Below are positions 17,439 through 20,633 of a DNA stretch of 20,633 nucleotides, one piece after another. The stretch lies in the IMG/VR virus record IMGVR_UViG_2606217106_000021. One strand, 5' to 3'. The translations under genes and the position numbers were made by a program. Each line of letters opens with the position of its first letter. Within the stretch, counting starts at the first letter, position 1. This DNA is from a virus (lineage: Duplodnaviria; Heunggongvirae; Uroviricota; Caudoviricetes). A model generated the notes under the pieces. The model made no database searches and was not told the origin of the DNA. It saw only the letters and a list, made by a program, of their open reading frames with translations.

Positions 17439-17761
17439 ACTTTCAGGCCCCTCTCATGTAACCAGTGGGCTGCACGCAGCCTGGCGTTTGCCTCACCGGC
17501 AAGCAGGGCGCGGATAATCCCGACCGCCTCGCTGTCGTCGTCCTTCACCGCGGTATGAAGAGTGATACCCCGGGCCACGCCACGCTTTATCGTGATGACA
17601 CCTTTTTTCTCCAGTGCGCGAAGATGCTCCACCGCTGCATTCACCGAACGGTATCCCAGCATGGTTGCCACCTCCTGATTGGTTGGCGGGAAGCCACGTT
17701 CTTTCTGATAAGAAATCAGCATATCCAGCACCTGCTGCTGGCATTGAGTTAATGTCGTCAT
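17435..17761 (-). CDS. LexA N-terminal DNA-binding-domain homologue without the peptidase domain (108 aa)
   Basis: LTQCQQQVLDMLISYQKERGFPPTNQEVATMLGYRSVNAAVEHLRALEKKGVITIKRGVARGITL aligns with the LexA N-terminus ([65 protein letters not shown]). No Ser/Lys peptidase domain follows. ATGA overlap with rusA. Confidence 0.75.
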   Translation of the reverse strand: MTTLTQCQQQVLDMLISYQKERGFPPTNQEVATMLGYRSVNAAVEHLRALEKKGVITIKRGVARGITLHTAVKDDDSEAVGIIRALLAGEANARLRAAHWLHERGLKV

Positions 17762-18411
17762 GCCGCCATCTCCCTGACCAGTTTTTCCGCCTGCTGGCGA
17801 ACCTGCGCCAGAAACGCCTCACCACATGCCTCAAGTTCATCGCGCCCTATGTAGCTGATTGCCGGTCCCTTCCAGGTCTTGTCGAAAACAGCAATAGCAC
17901 CAGCGAAGAAAGCACCTGTTGGCACCTGCTTTTCGTCTTTCGGGATAAACCAGGCAGGCAGTTCAAAACCAATACGCCCGCGAATAAAAGCAATATGATC
18001 TGCATCTTCCGGCCACCACACTTCGCTGGTGGCAGCTTTGATCAGGAAAACATAGCGCCCGCCTTTATCACGCATGGCACTGGCATGTTTCATGATGTAA
18101 CGCATGCCGGTGATGTATTGCCCCTCATGCTGACTGGCGCGGCTGTACGGGGGATTACCAAAGGCAGCACCTTTAAGCTCCGCAAGACGTTCAGACCAGT
18201 CATGCGCCAGCGCGTTGTCTTCCGCAGTGTAATAAGCGGCACATTTGGCGTTATCACCATCAGTGAACAGATCCAGAACAAACGGGCCAAACAGGGTGTT
18301 AATTCCCCAGAAAATGTTGTCCGGCGTGCGCCACTGATCGCCCACTTCCTTCAGTTCATGGGCTGGTTTGTTCCGCAGCTCCACCAGCGCCTGGCAATAT
18401 TTATTACTCAT
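17758..18411 (-). CDS. Phage Dam-type DNA N6-adenine methyltransferase (about 217 aa; six-frame ORF extends to 18444)
   Basis: Catalytic FGNPPYSR (NPPY) motif. The start is probably M12 (MSNKY...), which forms a TAATG overlap with the upstream gene stop at 18411-18413. Confidence 0.8.
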   Translation of the reverse strand: MSNKYCQALVELRNKPAHELKEVGDQWRTPDNIFWGINTLFGPFVLDLFTDGDNAKCAAYYTAEDNALAHDWSERLAELKGAAFGNPPYSRASQHEGQYITGMRYIMKHASAMRDKGGRYVFLIKAATSEVWWPEDADHIAFIRGRIGFELPAWFIPKDEKQVPTGAFFAGAIAVFDKTWKGPAISYIGRDELEACGEAFLAQVRQQAEKLVREMAA

Positions 18412-18905
18412 TAAGCCCCCACGTAATTCCCTGACAGATACCACTCTTCACCCGATGCAGCGCGCTTGCTGCTTTTCCGTAAGCACCGCTCACGATGCGC
18501 CAGAAAATTGTTTCGTTCTGGCTGGGAGTGGCTTTCACGGAATGCCTCCATCCACACCGTTGCAGCTCGACGGAATAAGCCCCTGGACTCCAGTTCTTCC
18601 GCCTGGCGAGTCAGGCACAAAATCACCTGCGGGTCGTTAGTGCCGACACAGAAATTGCGCACAGGTCTGGTTTCACGAACTGGTTGTGGTTCCGGCTCCT
18701 GTGCTCTCTCAGTCAGGCGCGGGAAATGTCTGCGTGTATCTCCTTCACAACGGTGAGCCACACGCCCACTCTGACGTAACTTGCTTGCTGACTGCAGAAC
18801 GCGCTGCCGTGAGTAACCTGCAAAAGCATCCGCAATGTCTCCGGAAGTACACCCCGGATGGGCTTCAATGAATTTCTGAACTTCATTCAAAAGACTCATG
18901 ATCAC
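18411..18905 (-). CDS. Hypothetical protein (164 aa) with a possible PerC-like motif
   Basis: AEELESRGLFRRAATVWMEAF resembles the PerC/Pch family signature as I recall it (LE..G.wRRAA..W). Translationally coupled on both sides. The family assignment is uncertain. Confidence 0.45.
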   Translation of the reverse strand: MIMSLLNEVQKFIEAHPGCTSGDIADAFAGYSRQRVLQSASKLRQSGRVAHRCEGDTRRHFPRLTERAQEPEPQPVRETRPVRNFCVGTNDPQVILCLTRQAEELESRGLFRRAATVWMEAFRESHSQPERNNFLAHRERCLRKSSKRAASGEEWYLSGNYVGA

Positions 18906-19720
18906 CCCCTGAATCCTTCCGGGATCTGGCTGTAGTCCACGTTGTCGTAACTGGCTTTGAAGTACGGGTCCTCGCGTCTGGCTGCAGATACCGCAGGAAC
19001 TTCCCAGGATTCTTCGAAATGACGATCCGGACCAAAGAACGTGACAGCCTGTTTCACAAATTGTGTGCCGCTGTTACCCATCGCAGATACCCAGCCCGCG
19101 TAGCGTTTCACACCTTCCAGCATGGTTTCGGGGTTTACCCCCTCATTCAAACGGGCTTTCCAGGCTTTGAAGGCTGCAGATTTTGAATTGCCACCAGCAC
19201 GTTTGGGGTATGCCAGCCATGCCTGCTCAAACTCCGGAGAGTATTCCGGTCGGTTTGAACGAACTCGCACAGACTCATCAGCAGATTCACCAACAGCTAT
19301 TGGTTCATTGACTGGTTCTTTGACTGGTTCAAAAGAGTGACTGGTTCTGGGTGAATCTCCTGCACTACCCCCTGGTGCAACTCCTGCACTACCTGGTGAA
19401 TTTGCTGCACCAGATAGTGAATTATTTGCACTACCCCCTAGTGAATCTCCTGCACCATCCAGATGAAGGAGATAGATATTACTTGAGTTACCTTTTTCAC
19501 CTTTCCGGGTGACTTTTTTTACCAGCCCGGACTCACAGAGGGCCGCAATATGATTCATCACAGAACGTTTGCTAATCTCGCACTGATCAGCGATATGCTG
19601 ATAGCTGGGCCAGCACTCACCCTGATCGCTGGCATTATCAGCCAGCTTAATCAGAACCAGTTTTCGCAATGGATTTCCCACTCGAATTTTCATCGCTTTA
19701 ACCATCAACTCCATACTCAT
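18902..19720 (-). CDS. Replication initiator (O-like) with N-terminal HTH and internal iterons (about 272 aa from MSMELM...; six-frame ORF extends to 19759)
   Basis: N-terminal LVLIKLADNASDQGECWPSYQHIADQCEISKRSVMNHIAALCESGLVKK is typical of phage replication-initiator HTH domains. The gene contains a direct-repeat array at 19309-19460 followed by an AT-rich stretch. GGAGG lies 7 nt before the ATG at 19718-19720. Confidence 0.65.
   Translation of the reverse strand: MSMELMVKAMKIRVGNPLRKLVLIKLADNASDQGECWPSYQHIADQCEISKRSVMNHIAALCESGLVKKVTRKGEKGNSSNIYLLHLDGAGDSLGGSANNSLSGAANSPGSAGVAPGGSAGDSPRTSHSFEPVKEPVNEPIAVGESADESVRVRSNRPEYSPEFEQAWLAYPKRAGGNSKSAAFKAWKARLNEGVNPETMLEGVKRYAGWVSAMGNSGTQFVKQAVTFFGPDRHFEESWEVPAVSAARREDPYFKASYDNVDYSQIPEGFRG
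19309..19460. repeat. Candidate replication origin: three TGACTGGTTC repeats and five ~21-24 bp iterons (GTGAAT.T.CTGCAC.A.CCC) inside the O-like gene
   Basis: Direct repeats read from the sequence at about 19309, 19321, 19338 (10-mers) and 19351, 19374, 19395, 19417, 19441 (iterons). An AT-rich segment at 19461-19500 follows. Confidence 0.6.
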
Positions 19721-19941
19721 GCAGCACCTCCGAGATGCTTCATGTTTTTTCCGGAGCAAAAGGCTATAAGCGGCATACTGACGCGGTAATTACGGCCCAG
19801 CGGTTCACAAATCACCTTCTGACATTCACGGTCAACCAGGCTAACACGTAGAACATGCCCTGCAGGCGTGGTGTACCACTGACCCGGACGAGGACAACAG
19901 AAAGTATGATTGGTAAACCGTTTGAAAATATTCCGGATCAT
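19717..19941 (-). CDS. Hypothetical small Cys-containing protein (74 aa)
   Basis: Its start overlaps the Rha stop and its stop overlaps the O-like start, both as ATGA. No family recognised. Confidence 0.4.
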   Translation of the reverse strand: MIRNIFKRFTNHTFCCPRPGQWYTTPAGHVLRVSLVDRECQKVICEPLGRNYRVSMPLIAFCSGKNMKHLGGAA

Positions 19942-20483
19942 TTACGCCCCCTTACCTCTGAAGGGTTCAGCGACAAATTTATGAGACTGGCCAGTAGCGC
20001 CGCGTCGTTGATGCGGTCATACAGACTTACAGCCAGCGGGGATTCGGCTTTTGCCAACATGGGATAAAGCTGCTGCAGCCAGACCTTGTGGATTACCGAC
20101 AGGTGGGAGTAAAGCACGCTGGCGTTATCTGCGGCATCGCTCAGCGTGGATGGCTTTGAAAGCAGTTTTTCCATCTGGTTAAAGGCATTTATGTATGCCT
20201 CTTTGAACCGGGCAGCACGTTTACCAGTGAAGCCCATGGCAAGAAACGCAAAACCGTCGCGGGTGATTTGGTAACAAGGGAGTTTGCGGCCTGATGCGTC
20301 GGTGTATTCACTTAACACAAAATTGTGTTCAGTAAATTCAGCGGAACATTCGAGGTTTCTAATTCTATCTAAAACCCGCTCATGCCGTTTAGTAAAGTAA
20401 TTAGCTACTGCAAGAGATGTGGTGACAACGCGACCATTGATAATCGTGATTTCAGGGTGAGATTGGGTTGGGAGAGTAGTCAT
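19938..20483 (-). CDS. Rha-family phage regulatory protein (about 181 aa from MTTLPTQ...; six-frame ORF extends to 20624)
   Basis: ITIINGRVVTTSLAVANYFTKRHERVLDRIRNLE fits the Rha N-terminal domain pattern (..V.TSR.IAE.FGKRH.NVLR.I.NL). The start is uncertain because the window ends at 20633. Confidence 0.7.
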   Translation of the reverse strand: MTTLPTQSHPEITIINGRVVTTSLAVANYFTKRHERVLDRIRNLECSAEFTEHNFVLSEYTDASGRKLPCYQITRDGFAFLAMGFTGKRAARFKEAYINAFNQMEKLLSKPSTLSDAADNASVLYSHLSVIHKVWLQQLYPMLAKAESPLAVSLYDRINDAALLASLINLSLNPSEVRGRK

Positions 20484-20633
20484 GGTGACAGCCCCTATGT
20501 TGAATTCAATGAACTCACCACCAAGGCTTTCCACGACCATATAGGTGGTGAGACGTACAGGGGTGGAAATACCGGTCAACATAGAACCCGGCCCAACCGA
20601 AGTTGGCCCTGCACGCCCCACCATAATTTGGGC

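Noticed and set aside
17614-18414. Plus-strand 266-aa ORF
   Set aside because: Antisense to the Dam methyltransferase and LexA-like genes, both of which have clear motifs.
1-20633. Integrase, attachment sites, IS or transposase genes, and lysis genes (holin, endolysin, Rz)
   Set aside because: I looked for them and found no ORF with recognisable motifs for any of these. The prophage ends and the integration module are presumably outside the window or deleted.

Overview
This window looks like the late half of a decayed, mosaic lambdoid prophage of an enterobacterium, with nearly every gene on the minus strand. Reading from high to low coordinates: a translationally coupled early/nin-type operon (Rha-family protein, replication initiator with internal iterons, a possible PerC-like protein, Dam-type adenine methyltransferase, LexA DNA-binding-domain-only protein, RusA), then a KilA-N protein behind a LexA-box-like palindrome, a DUF968 protein and a Q antiterminator. 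Downstream of Q sit three AT-rich cargo genes (an unrecognised ~205-aa protein with its own terminator, a 65-aa protein, an AppY-like AraC regulator), a three-tRNA cluster (Ile-CAU, Arg-UCG, Arg-UCU), and about 1 kb without long ORFs that carries two diverged ~220-250 bp direct repeats and several terminator hairpins. The head module follows but is damaged: a chimeric ORF joining an esterase-like N-terminus to the terminase large-subunit C-terminus, then W, portal B, a short C protease with a Nu3-like ORF in another frame, D, and a C-terminally truncated E. The whole tail block is missing, and E is followed directly by an intact side tail fibre gene stf and tfa. At the left end a plus-strand SAM-dependent methyltransferase is bracketed by direct repeats of the tfa 3' end. 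No integrase, lysis genes, Nu1, CRISPR array or IS element is visible. All homology calls rest on recalled protein sequences and motifs, not on database searches. The most interesting candidates are the unrecognised cargo protein right after Q, the repeat/hairpin region (possible structured RNAs), the LexA-box/KilA-N plus LexA-DBD pair, and the esterase-terminase chimera.
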